A stretch of 63,731 nucleotides of DNA, counting the filler. It is 5 parts of 5 records of this genome, joined end to end, with 100 filler letters (N's around TTAATTAATTAA, not from the genome) between each part and the next. Parts side by side here need not be neighbours in the genome. Positions count along the whole stretch, not along the records: positions 17,036 to 34,792 come from DRR378314_157; positions 34,893 to 41,588 come from DRR378314_161; 3 more parts are not named here. One strand, given 5' to 3'. The notes below the pieces were generated by a model. That model did no database searches and had not been told where the DNA came from. It saw only the letters and a program-made list of their open reading frames with translations. This document shows positions 30,166 to 39,892 of the stretch, in pieces. Position numbers and translations under genes: made by a program. Numbering within the stretch: the stretch's first letter is position 1; the number at the start of each line of letters is the position of its first letter.

Positions 30166-30876
30166 TTATTTGAGGTCCGCGAAGCGCATGGCGTCGCCGT
30201 CCAGAGTGATGTGCACCGCCTGTTTGCGGTGTTGCTCGGGCAGGTCTTCGGCGACCCGGTAAATCCCGGCGATGGAGACCAGCTCCGCGTCCAGTTTCTG
30301 GCAGAAGATGCGCGCGCTCTGATCGCCGCGCACACCGGCCAGCGCGCGCCCGCGCAGGGTGTTGTAGACGTGGATATGGCCTTCGGCGAGCAGCTCCGCG
30401 CCGGTGCTCACCGGCGCCAGCACGATCAGATCGCCGCGGCTGTAGATTTGCTGGCCGGAACGCACCGGCTGGTCGATCACCAGGGTGTGGCCGGCGTCGG
30501 CCGGTTGCTCCGCCTGCGGCGCCGGTTCGGCGCTGCGCGGCACGTCCCGGCCGCCGGCCAGGCTGATGCTGCCCAGGCCGAGCATGGCGGCGGTGTCGCT
30601 GTCCAGGTGCTCGTTGCGGGCCAGCGCCACCAGGTTCACGCCCAGGCCGCGCAGGGTGTCCACGGCGGCCATCAGGGCCACCTGGTCGGCGCCCTCGGGC
30701 TGTGCCAGGTCCACCACCACGGGCGCGTCGCGCAGCCACTGGGCGGCGTCTTCAAGCCGCTGGCTGACCTGTCGGTGCAGGGTGTTGGGGTCCAGGTCCT
30801 TGAGCAGCAGGACCGTCATCATCAGCATGCGGCCCTTGAACTCCAGAACCGCCTTTTCCTCGAATGCCACTGTCAT
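30166..30876 (-). CDS. minC: Septum site-determining protein
   Basis: PVRSGQQIY, GAELLAEGHIHVYNTLRGRALAG. Confidence 0.96.
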   Translation of the reverse strand: MTVAFEEKAVLEFKGRMLMMTVLLLKDLDPNTLHRQVSQRLEDAAQWLRDAPVVVDLAQPEGADQVALMAAVDTLRGLGVNLVALARNEHLDSDTAAMLGLGSISLAGGRDVPRSAEPAPQAEQPADAGHTLVIDQPVRSGQQIYSRGDLIVLAPVSTGAELLAEGHIHVYNTLRGRALAGVRGDQSARIFCQKLDAELVSIAGIYRVAEDLPEQHRKQAVHITLDGDAMRFADLK

Positions 30877-31008
30877 TACGGGGGATCTTTATGAATATGG
30901 GTTGGCGCCGAAGGCGAGACGCAGAAAGCCTAGTCGAAAGCGGTAGCCGGTGAAAGCGGCGCGGCGGCCCGCCATTGTTAAATTTCGCCGATCTGGGATC
31001 GATCGAAC

Positions 31009-31035
31009 AAAAAAAAGCCGCCCCGGAGGGCGGCT
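31009..31035 (-). terminator. Rho-independent terminator of fadE
   Basis: Minus strand AGCCGCCC-TCCG-GGGCGGCT followed by a T run. Confidence 0.85.
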
Positions 31036-31059
31036 CTTGAGGATTTACCAGGGCCGCAA

Positions 31060-33522
31060 TCAGGTCGGCCGCTGGGTGTTCATGTCGACTTCCTTCAACT
31101 CCTTGTCGAAGGCGTCGGTGAGCAGGCAGTCGTAGCGCATCTCGTCGTAGTCGAGAATCGCCTGTACCTGGTCGTTGGGGATGATGCCCTTGGCGGCGGC
31201 GTCTTCCAGCTTGGCCTGGATGGTCTCGCCCTCCAGCTTGCCCTTGCCGTCCGCCTTCAGGAAGGCTTCGTAGTCGCGCTCCACTTCCAGCAGCTTGTTG
31301 TAGGTGACTTCCACCCGACCGATGCTGTCTTTCGGATCGACGCTGATGTAGGCGTTGGCGGCCAGCGCATCGCGCACGCTGCTGGGGTTCATGATCTGCT
31401 CGCCCAGGGTGCGGATCAGCTCGTCGCTGGGCTTCTGAGCACCGGCGGGCCGGCCGAACGGGAAGAACACGCCTTTGAGAATGCGCGCCACACCCATGTA
31501 GCCGAAGTTGCGGGCGAAGTCCTCCACCGCGTCGTGGATCTGGCTGAACGCGTGCTGCAGCGCATAGCGGGCGTGCGCGTCGTTGGCCTCGTCGCGGGGC
31601 AGGGTGGCGTGGAACTTCAACACCGCGCAGGCGATCAGCAGCTGGCTGTGCACGTCGCCGAGGCGCGCGGACACCATCTCGCGGCGCTTGAGGTCGCCGC
31701 CCAGCAGCGCGAACGCCACGTCGGAGAAGCTCGCCAGCACCGCGCTGTAGCGGGTGATCAGGCGGTACCAGGGGGCGCTGAAACTGTCCGCGTTGGCCGG
31801 AATCTCCGCCAGCGCGGCGCCGCTCAGGCCGTGCACCAGACCGCGGCTCATGTTGCCCAGGGTGTGGCCGGCGTGCTTGAAGAACAGGCCTTCGAAGGTG
31901 TCCAGGCCGCGTTCCTGGTCCTCGTCCTGAATCGCCTGCAGCTCGTCGTACAGGTACGGATGGCAGCGCATCGCGCCCTGGCCGAAGATCATCAGCGAGC
32001 GGGTCAGGATGTTGGCGCCCTCCACGGTGATCGCCACCGGAATGGACTGGTAGGCCAGCGCCATGAAGTTACGCGGGCCCATCTGCACGGCGCGACCACT
32101 GGCGATGTCCATGCCGTTGTTGATCAGCACGCGCATCATTTCCGTGGAGTGGTACTTGGCCATGGCCGTGACCACGGAGATGGTGCCTTCCTCCAGGCCA
32201 CGGGTGACCAGGTGGCGGTAGGCTTCCAGGGTGTAGGCCAGCCCCGCCACTTCCGCGGACGCTTCCTGCACGCCCTCGAAGTGGCCCACGGCGGTGCCGA
32301 ACTGGCGGCGGATGCGCGAGAAGGCGCCGGTCATGCGGTAGCCCATCTCGCCGCTGGCGGTGGCCAGGGCGGGCAGGGAAACGCCGCGGCCCGCGCCCAG
32401 GCACTCGATCAGCATGCGCCAGCCTTTGCCGGCCATTTCCGGACCGCCGATGATGGCGTCCAGCGGCACGAACACGTCCTTGCCGTTGATCGGGCCGTTC
32501 ATGAAGGGGGAACCGCCCGGGTTGTGGCGGCGGCCGATTTCCACGCCTTCGGTGTCGGCGGGCAGCAGGGCACAGGTAATGCCCAGCTCGTCCTGGTCAC
32601 CCAGCAGGTGCTCCGGGTCGTAGAGTTTAAAGGCCAGCCCCACCACGGTGGCGATCGGCGCCAGGGTGATCCAGCGCTTGGCGAAGTTCAGGCGCATGCC
32701 CAGTACTTCCTCGCCGTCCACGGTCTGCTTGCAGATCACGCCCTTGTCGGGGATCGCGCCGGCGTCGGAGCCGGCTTCCGGGCCGGTCAGGCCGAAGCAG
32801 GGGATTTCCTCGCCGGAGGACAGGCCCGGCAGCCAGCGCTGTTTCTGCTCTTCGGTGCCGTACTTGGCGAGCAGCTCGCCGGGGCCCAGGGAGTTGGGCA
32901 CCATGGCGGTCACCGCGGTGGTCAGCGAGCGGGTGGCGATCTTGCTCATGGTGCGGCTTTGCGCGTAGGGGCTGAAGTCCCGGCCGCCGTACTCCTTGGG
33001 AATGATCAGGCTGAAGAAGCCCTTGGTCTTCAGATAGTCCCAGACTTCCTCGGGCAGATCCTTGTGCTCGTGGTAGATCTTCCACTCGTCGAGCATTTCG
33101 CACAGTTCCTGGACTTCATTATCCAGGAACGACTGCTCGTCCTCGGTGAGCTGGGTGAAATTCACCTTGGAAAAGTCATCCCAGTCGGGCTTGCCGCTGA
33201 ACAGCTCCGCCTCGAACCAGGTGGCGCCGGCCTCGATGGCCTCGCGCTCGGTGTCGCCGATCGGCGGCATCATCTTGCCGAGCGTCTGATAGACCGGCTT
33301 GCTGATCAGCTTGCGGCGCAGGCCGGGGTGGTTGAGCACCACCAGCGCGCCGGCCAGCAGAATCAGAAGAATCGGGTTGTACAACCAGGACGCCAACAGA
33401 CCGCACAGTAACCAGACCACGGCGAACGTAACGCTGCCGACGGTCAGGGATAACTGCATGTAGAAAATGGTCGTCAATGTCGCGACCAGAATTACCAGGG
33501 CCAAAAGGCTCAGCATGGTCAT
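31060..33522 (-). CDS. fadE: Acyl-CoA dehydrogenase, FadE type
   Basis: 820 aa, N-terminal TMs, VPNSLGPGEL, CFGLTGPEAGSDA, ITVEGANILTR. Confidence 0.93.
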   Translation of the reverse strand: MTMLSLLALVILVATLTTIFYMQLSLTVGSVTFAVVWLLCGLLASWLYNPILLILLAGALVVLNHPGLRRKLISKPVYQTLGKMMPPIGDTEREAIEAGATWFEAELFSGKPDWDDFSKVNFTQLTEDEQSFLDNEVQELCEMLDEWKIYHEHKDLPEEVWDYLKTKGFFSLIIPKEYGGRDFSPYAQSRTMSKIATRSLTTAVTAMVPNSLGPGELLAKYGTEEQKQRWLPGLSSGEEIPCFGLTGPEAGSDAGAIPDKGVICKQTVDGEEVLGMRLNFAKRWITLAPIATVVGLAFKLYDPEHLLGDQDELGITCALLPADTEGVEIGRRHNPGGSPFMNGPINGKDVFVPLDAIIGGPEMAGKGWRMLIECLGAGRGVSLPALATASGEMGYRMTGAFSRIRRQFGTAVGHFEGVQEASAEVAGLAYTLEAYRHLVTRGLEEGTISVVTAMAKYHSTEMMRVLINNGMDIASGRAVQMGPRNFMALAYQSIPVAITVEGANILTRSLMIFGQGAMRCHPYLYDELQAIQDEDQERGLDTFEGLFFKHAGHTLGNMSRGLVHGLSGAALAEIPANADSFSAPWYRLITRYSAVLASFSDVAFALLGGDLKRREMVSARLGDVHSQLLIACAVLKFHATLPRDEANDAHARYALQHAFSQIHDAVEDFARNFGYMGVARILKGVFFPFGRPAGAQKPSDELIRTLGEQIMNPSSVRDALAANAYISVDPKDSIGRVEVTYNKLLEVERDYEAFLKADGKGKLEGETIQAKLEDAAAKGIIPNDQVQAILDYDEMRYDCLLTDAFDKELKEVDMNTQRPT

Positions 33523-33807
33523 CTCCTTTGCCAGGACTTCACTTGTCGATCACAAGTATGAACCGGAAATACGCCTCCGGGCGGGCGTGGGTATCGTAAC
33601 GAATCAAACATCAGGGTACCGAGCGAGCATGTACGGCACGTGAACGCCTGTTCCTGACCCCTAAGAGAATACTAACGCCCATGATGCCGCTTTCGTCTTG
33701 ATTTAACAGTATTTAATCCGGCCACTTGCATCCTGTATCCACAGCCCCATTTGAGTACAATGCAGCGCAACTCACACTCGCTTAGCAAGCCGCTTCAAGG
33801 AGCAACC

Positions 33808-34677
33808 GTGCAGGACAACGCCGCCACTATCGACGTCACGGAACAAAACGTTCAGCAACTGCTGGAGCACTCACGCCAGGTGCCCGTGCTGTTTGGTTTC
33901 TGGGCGTCCTGGAGCCAGCCCAGCCAGCAAATGACCGTCATGCTGGAGAAACTGACCCAGGAATATCAGGGCAAGTTCGTCCTCGCCAAGGTCAACGCCG
34001 ACGAGCAGGCCAACCTGACCAGCCAGTTCGGGGTGCGCGATCTGCCGTCCCTGAAAATGGTCTACCAGGGCCAGCTTGTCAGCGAACTGGAAGGCGCGCA
34101 AACCGAAAGCGCGGTGCGCCAATGGCTCACCCCGGTGGTCGACCCGGACGCCGCCCAGCAGGAGCAGGAAGAGGGCTTCCTGGAGCAAATCCGCATGGCG
34201 ATCGACGCCGGGCAGGGCGCCCAGGCCGAGCAGGCGTTGCGGCAAATGCTCTCCGAGCAGCCGGACAAGCACGCCTTCCGGGCGCTGCTGGTGGAGTACC
34301 TGCTCGGCGAAGGCCGCACCGACGAGGCGCAGTCGGTGCTGGCGGAAGTCACCGAGGACGTGGAAGCGCTGCGCCCGTTCCGGGCCCGCTTCGCGTTGCT
34401 GGAAAAGCTCGACAACGACGGCGTCGGCCTCAAGGAGCTGCAGGCGCGCATCGAGCGCGACGGCAAGCCGGAGGACCTGCACGCCTACGGCCTGCGCGCC
34501 GCCGCCGCCGGCCAGTTCCAGACCGGCCTGGACGCGCTGTTGCGGTTGCTGCGCGATCACCGCGACTACCAGGACGGGGTGGCCCGTTCGGCGCTGCTGG
34601 AAGTGTTCGAGTGCCTGCCCAAGGGCGATCCGCTGGCCAGCGAGTATCGCCGGAAGATGTTCACCTACCTCTACTAA
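33808..34677 (+). CDS. ybbN: Thioredoxin-TPR chaperedoxin YbbN/CnoX
   Basis: AAGGAG then GTG; Trx fold with WSQPS in place of WCxxC; TPR end 'DPLASEYRRKM'. Confidence 0.85.
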   Translation: MQDNAATIDVTEQNVQQLLEHSRQVPVLFGFWASWSQPSQQMTVMLEKLTQEYQGKFVLAKVNADEQANLTSQFGVRDLPSLKMVYQGQLVSELEGAQTESAVRQWLTPVVDPDAAQQEQEEGFLEQIRMAIDAGQGAQAEQALRQMLSEQPDKHAFRALLVEYLLGEGRTDEAQSVLAEVTEDVEALRPFRARFALLEKLDNDGVGLKELQARIERDGKPEDLHAYGLRAAAAGQFQTGLDALLRLLRDHRDYQDGVARSALLEVFECLPKGDPLASEYRRKMFTYLY

Positions 34678-34709
34678 GCGCCCGGCCCTTCCATCGGCGG
34701 ATGCCGGTG

Positions 34710-34792
34710 TGTGGGAGCTGGGGCCCTCCAGCGGGGGCGCGGGTCTGTGTTAGGCCACTTCAGAGCGGGCTGTGGGAGCGGGCCCCGCCCGC
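34710..34792 (+). repeat. Two REP-like palindromes at the contig end
   Basis: TGTGGGA-GCTGG-GGCCCT-CCAGC (from 34710) and TGTGGGA-GCGGGC-CCC-GCCCGC (34771-34792). Confidence 0.7.
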
Positions 34793-34892
34793 NNNNNNNN
34801 NNNNNNNNNNNNNNNNNNNNNNNNNNNNNNNNNNNNTTAATTAATTAANNNNNNNNNNNNNNNNNNNNNNNNNNNNNNNNNNNNNNNNNNNN
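34793..34892. other. Artificial contig spacer
   Basis: 44 N + TTAATTAATTAA + 44 N. Confidence 0.99.
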
Positions 34893-34958
34893 CGCTCCCC
34901 GAGGTATTTGGAAAAAGATGAAAGCCCCGCGCAGGGGAACTTTCGGAAAGGATGAGCG

Positions 34959-35744
34959 ATGTATGAGTTTGAGTTTGCGCGACCAGCGAGCGTCGCCGAG
35001 GCCGTCAAGGCGCTGAGCGAAGAGGATGCGCAGGCGCTGGGCGGCGGGCAGACCCTGATTCCGACGCTGAAACAACGGCTTGCGATGCCCTCCACCCTGG
35101 TGAGCCTGAGCGGCATTGACGAGATGAAAGGCATCCGCAGCGAAGGCGGACAGCTGGTCATTGGCGGCGCCATGACCCATGCCGACGTGGCAGAGGGCGC
35201 GGGGGCCTATCCGGCGTTGGCAGCGCTGGCGGGTCAGATCGGCGATCCGGCGGTTCGGAACCGCGGCACACTGGGCGGCTCGATCGCCAATAATGACCCG
35301 GCGGCCTGCTATCCGGCGGCGGTGCTGGGCTCTGGCGCCACCATCGTCACAAATGCCCGCGAGATTGCGGCGGACGACTATTTCCAGGGCATGTTCACAA
35401 CCGCGCTGGAGGAGGGTGAGATCGTCACCGCTGTGAAGTTCCCGCAGCCTGAGGCGGCGAGTTACCAGAAGTTCCTGCAACCGGCGTCGCGCTTTGCCTT
35501 GGTTGGCGTGTTTGTGGCGCGGTTTGCGGACGGCGTGCGGGTGGCTGTGACCGGCGCATCGGAAGAGGGCGTGTTCCGCTGGGGTGCGGCCGAGGCGGCG
35601 CTGGCGGCGGATTTCTCCGCCGATGCGATCAGCGGGCTGACGGTGGAGGCCGATGGCATGATCGGCGACATCCATGGCACCAAGGCCTATCGCGCCCATC
35701 TGGTGGGTGTCATGACCAAACGGGCCGTGGCGGCGGCCAGCTGA
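34959..35744 (+). CDS. CoxM/CutM-like FAD-binding subunit of a xanthine dehydrogenase family molybdoenzyme
   Basis: LGGGQTLIPTLKQRLA, IGDPAVRNRGTLGGS. Confidence 0.92.
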   Translation: MYEFEFARPASVAEAVKALSEEDAQALGGGQTLIPTLKQRLAMPSTLVSLSGIDEMKGIRSEGGQLVIGGAMTHADVAEGAGAYPALAALAGQIGDPAVRNRGTLGGSIANNDPAACYPAAVLGSGATIVTNAREIAADDYFQGMFTTALEEGEIVTAVKFPQPEAASYQKFLQPASRFALVGVFVARFADGVRVAVTGASEEGVFRWGAAEAALAADFSADAISGLTVEADGMIGDIHGTKAYRAHLVGVMTKRAVAAAS

Positions 35745-35774
35745 TCCAGCGACAGGATGTAGACCACCAACAGC

Positions 35775-35806
35775 AAAAGGCGCCCAGGACCTCCTGTGGC
35801 GCCTTT
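35775..35806. terminator. Probable bidirectional terminator
   Basis: AAAAGGCGCC...GGCGCCTTT hairpin between convergent genes. Confidence 0.65.
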
Positions 35807-35832
35807 GTCATGCGGTCTCTGAAGTCGGACTG

Positions 35833-36471
35833 TCAGGCGCGCATGAAACCGGCGATTTCGGTCAGCAAGGACTGGGTGCGGTCGGCCAGGCCACGGATTT
35901 CGGTGGCGATGACCGCAAAGCCCTTGCCCTGATCCCCGATCCGCGCCGCCTCGATCGAGGCGTTGAAGGCGATCAGCCGGATATTGCGGCCCACTGCCTC
36001 GGCGTTGCGGACTGCTTCGAGCATGTCGCCGGAGCGTTTGGCCTCGCGGCTGCGTTCGGCGTCGCCGAGATGCTGGACCAGATCCTCGAGGAACCGGGAC
36101 ACCGTTGGCTCCAGCTGCTCCAGACAGAGCTCTGCAACCTTTGGAATTGCGCCGATCCGGGACAATACCGTTCCGGCGCCGGAGGTCACCGCAGCGTGAA
36201 GCGGTTCCAGAACGCGGATGCAGGTCTGACGCTGATCGTCCAATTCGGGAGGGAGCTGATGATTCGCCGCATCCAGCTGGGCATCGAGCCCTTCCGAGAG
36301 CATTGCAAAGGCGGTTTCGATGCGTGTGGTCGAGAGTTTCAGCGCCCGGCTGCTGCCCGAAGGTTCGTCGGCATCGGCGGGCTGATGCGACAGCGCCACC
36401 AGCGAAAGGGATGCGATGCGGCAGGGGCCGATGGCCATCAACGCGTTGCTCTGAATGTCAGTGAGGCTCAT
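35833..36471 (-). CDS. Short soluble protein with an MCP signalling-hairpin tip
   Basis: NIRLIAFNASIEAARIGDQGKGFAVIATEIRGLADRT; no clear TM; AGGA upstream. Confidence 0.85.
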   Translation of the reverse strand: MSLTDIQSNALMAIGPCRIASLSLVALSHQPADADEPSGSSRALKLSTTRIETAFAMLSEGLDAQLDAANHQLPPELDDQRQTCIRVLEPLHAAVTSGAGTVLSRIGAIPKVAELCLEQLEPTVSRFLEDLVQHLGDAERSREAKRSGDMLEAVRNAEAVGRNIRLIAFNASIEAARIGDQGKGFAVIATEIRGLADRTQSLLTEIAGFMRA

Positions 36472-36517
36472 GCGGGTCCGTTCCTATGATGCACGGAGAG
36501 ACCCTATGCCATTCCTC

Positions 36518-36533
36518 TTAAGGCACTGCTAAC
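36518..36533. promoter_or_regulatory. Possible CtrA box
   Basis: TTAA-GGCACTG-CTAAC, one mismatch to TTAA-N7-TTAAC, upstream of the MCP-like gene. Confidence 0.5.
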
Positions 36534-36687
36534 GGTGATCGGTAAGTTTGCGATGGCGCGACAATTTTCGCCTTCATGGGGCATCGCGACAGGGGCCAAC
36601 GGCAGGCCAAGCGAGAAGAAGCAAAAGCCTCCCCGCAGCAATCTGGGGGAGGCTCTATCGAAACACCGGTGTGAAGAGGCCGGAGAT

Positions 36688-37236
<549 letters not shown>

Positions 37237-37484
37237 GGGTTCTATCCTTTGATAATTGCAGAAATTTGAGCCGCGAATTTAATGGGTGTCCGGCGGTCTT
37301 GCAAGCCGGAAACACAGGGCTTTTCACGATTGGCAAGAGTTTTCGTGCCATTCCCAGCCGCATGGGCGGAGCATGGCCGAGGGGAGCGTCTGAGAGGACT
37401 TCCCCCTTGTTGTAGGCGCCATTCCATCAGAAGTACATGTGCAATCCGTCCTACATCGGGACGATAGCATCGAAGGACATTGCC

Positions 37485-38342
37485 ATGAAAATCGCAGGAG
37501 TGGGCGCCGCTGTTGGCCTCGTGGTTGTTGCCGGGGCCGTCTGGTATCTGAACCAGCCCGAGGAACCGGTTGTAACAGAAACACCAACAGAGATTGCAAA
37601 CGAAGCTGAGCCTGCCGCACCGGCAGAGACCGACAGTGCGGATGAGACCGATGCCGTGGCGGAGGTCGAAGGCTCTGATCTGCAGAAAGAGGTCGAAGAG
37701 GCGGCCGCCGAAGCGGAAGACGCTGCCAATGCGGTGGCCGAACAGGCCTCTGATGCGGTCGAGGATGCAGCCGAGGCAGCATCTGAGGCTGCAACTGACA
37801 TAAGCGAGGGTGTCGCCGCGACAGCGGAGAGCGCACAGGAGCAGGCCTCTGACGCGGTTGAGGCCGTTCAGGACGGAACCGCAAGCGCCGTCGAGGCTGC
37901 ACAGGACACCGCGTCTGGCGCGGTAGAGGCCATGCAGGATGGCGCCGCGAGTGCTGTTGAATCCGCACAGGACACCGCATCCGATGCGGTCGAGGCCGTG
38001 AGTGAAGGCGCCGCTGATCTGGCGTCTGGCGCGCAGGACACCGCAGAGGATGCCGCCGCTGCAGTGCAGGAGACCCTCTCCCCGGAGGCGGATAATGCGC
38101 TTGTGGATGAGGGCACCGTGGAGGCTGATGTCGCTGCCGATGCGGCCGTGGACGCCGAAACTCCGGCCGCTCTGCTGACCCCGGAAGGTTTCAACTATGA
38201 CAAGGTTGTCGAGATGATCGACAGCTCCGAGCTGGACCCGCTGAAAAAGACCGCCGTCAAATCGGCGATCACCCAAGCGCGCGACAACCCGGATCTGCTG
38301 AAAGCGGCGCTGCAACAGGCGCGCTCTGCTCTGGGCTACTGA
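37485..38342 (+). CDS. Membrane-anchored Ala/Glu/Asp-rich protein with 11-aa repeats
   Basis: AAGGA upstream; N-terminal TM; repeats such as AQDTASDAVEA; helical C-terminus. Confidence 0.8.
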   Translation: MKIAGVGAAVGLVVVAGAVWYLNQPEEPVVTETPTEIANEAEPAAPAETDSADETDAVAEVEGSDLQKEVEEAAAEAEDAANAVAEQASDAVEDAAEAASEAATDISEGVAATAESAQEQASDAVEAVQDGTASAVEAAQDTASGAVEAMQDGAASAVESAQDTASDAVEAVSEGAADLASGAQDTAEDAAAAVQETLSPEADNALVDEGTVEADVAADAAVDAETPAALLTPEGFNYDKVVEMIDSSELDPLKKTAVKSAITQARDNPDLLKAALQQARSALGY

Positions 38343-38362
38343 TCCGCACGTCCGACGACCGC

Positions 38363-38404
38363 AAAAAGAAAAACGCCCTCGCGATACTCTCGCGAGGGCT
38401 TTTT
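38363..38404. terminator. Bidirectional rho-independent terminator
   Basis: A tract, GCCCTCGCGA-TACTC-TCGCGAGGGC, T tract, between convergent genes. Confidence 0.8.
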
Positions 38405-38444
38405 GTTTGTCCTGACTGCGCGTGCCCCAGGCGGGGCTGGCAGA

Positions 38445-39329
38445 TCAGTCGAGGAAGGCTTTTTCCACCACGAAATGCGCAGGTTTGGAATTCGCGCCTT
38501 CTTCCAGACCATAGGTGTTCTCAAAGAGATCCTTGAGTTCCAGGTTGAACGCCAGGTTGCCGCAGATCATTGCGCGGTCGCTTTCCGGGTTCAGCGGCGG
38601 CACGCCCAGATCCTCAAACGCCTCGCCAGAGCGCATCAGGTCGGTGATCCGGCCCATCTTGGCGCTCTCTTCACGGGTGGTGGTGGGGTAGTATTTGATC
38701 TTCTTCCAGAAGCCCTCGCCGATCACCTCATTCAGGAGCTCGTCATCCTTCAGGCTCTCGATCAACTCGCGGCCATAGGTCAGCTCACCGGCCTCGCGGC
38801 AGGTGTGGGTGATGATGATCTCGTCGTAATCCTCATAGGTCTGCGGCTCGCGCAGCAGCGAGGCAAAGGGCGCAAAGCCGGTGCCGGTGGCAAAGAACCA
38901 GATCCGCTTGCCCGGGATCAGCGCGTCATGCACCAAGGTGCCGACAGGTTTCGGGCGCAGGATGATTTCGTCACCGACCTTGATGTGCTGCAGCTTGGAA
39001 GTCAGCGGGCCGTCCTGCACCTTGATCGAGTAGAACTCCATTTCCTCGTCCCAGCTCGGCGAGGCGATGGAATAGGCGCGCAGCAAGGGCTTCACCTTGC
39101 CGGTCTTGGGGTCGGGGTCGTTCATCAGACCGATCATCACAAACTCGCCCGAGCGAAAGCGCAAGGACGCAGGCCGCGTGCAGCGGAAGGAAAACAGCCG
39201 GTCCGTCCAGTGTTTGACTTGCGTCACGATCTGGGCGTCGGGCAGGGTCGGTTTTGCCTTTTCAGGCGCAACGGCTTCGGTCACAGGCTCACTCACAGTC
39301 TCGGTCACGGCGGCAATCTCGTTCATCAT
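38445..39329 (-). CDS. fpr: Ferredoxin-NADP(+) reductase
   Basis: RAYSIAS, GPLTS, TGTGFAPF, MICG, VVEKAF. Confidence 0.95.
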   Translation of the reverse strand: MMNEIAAVTETVSEPVTEAVAPEKAKPTLPDAQIVTQVKHWTDRLFSFRCTRPASLRFRSGEFVMIGLMNDPDPKTGKVKPLLRAYSIASPSWDEEMEFYSIKVQDGPLTSKLQHIKVGDEIILRPKPVGTLVHDALIPGKRIWFFATGTGFAPFASLLREPQTYEDYDEIIITHTCREAGELTYGRELIESLKDDELLNEVIGEGFWKKIKYYPTTTREESAKMGRITDLMRSGEAFEDLGVPPLNPESDRAMICGNLAFNLELKDLFENTYGLEEGANSKPAHFVVEKAFLD

Positions 39330-39482
39330 GTCTCTGCCAGCGGGGATAGGCCGGCACCTCTGATTAAGCATTGATCCATGTCAGGGGAACCCCTCCTGCG
39401 GCGATCTTACGCAGATCCGGCCCGGCATGGGGCATGCGGGGCCGGAAAAAGGGAGGCCTGACGGCGGTGTCTTGGGGCTGGC

Positions 39483-39887
39483 TTAGCGCGCGGCGTTGGA
39501 TTGCGCGCGCAGGCGGGCCTGGTAGTTATGGCTTTGCCAATTGGCACGGAACAGCCATTCGCCTTCGGGCTGGCGGGTGGCGAGATCGTCGGAAATCTCG
39601 ACCTCGTCAAAGCCCACCCGGCGCACCATGGCATATTGATCCGAGATCACATGACCGCGCGCCCGCAGACGCCCGTCATATCCCATCAGGCGCAGCATGC
39701 GCGCAATGGTAAATCCACGCCCATCGGAGAAGGCCGGGAAGTCAACGCGGATCATCTCCACGCCGTCCAACTGGCCCTGCAGGCTGGCCGGGTCGGTGTC
39801 AGACGCCAGGTCGAGCACATTTGCGCCCTCAAAGCCGCCGGTCCAGTCGTCATGGGCAAAGCCCGCGTCGGTTACGATAACGCTCAT
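39483..39887 (-). CDS. DUF934 family protein
   Basis: FPAFSDGRGFTIARMLR..GRLRARGHVISDQ..RVGFD; in the cys operon. Confidence 0.9.
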   Translation of the reverse strand: MSVIVTDAGFAHDDWTGGFEGANVLDLASDTDPASLQGQLDGVEMIRVDFPAFSDGRGFTIARMLRLMGYDGRLRARGHVISDQYAMVRRVGFDEVEISDDLATRQPEGEWLFRANWQSHNYQARLRAQSNAAR

Positions 39888-39892
39888 CTCAC

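Noticed and set aside
29315..30739. 474-aa N-terminally extended MinD
   Set aside because: The extension is an off-frame read through minC; GTG 30130 has an RBS and gives a normal-length MinD
31534..33411. Long antisense ORFs (625 aa opposite fadE; likewise 19609-21231, 22794-24200, 24191-25855, 39929-41644)
   Set aside because: Shadow ORFs expected from high-GC codon bias opposite well-supported genes; no motifs
34893..34923. GGTATTTGGAAAAAGATGAA at the contig start, reminiscent of Rhodobacteraceae intergenic repeats
   Set aside because: Truncated single copy; cannot be shown to be a repeat from this window
34959..35744. Calling the coxM-like gene a true CO dehydrogenase subunit
   Set aside because: The large subunit with the diagnostic active-site motif is not in the window
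37820..38070. 33-bp periodic DNA as a CRISPR array
   Set aside because: In-frame degenerate coding repeats with no constant repeat/unique spacer pattern and no cas genes
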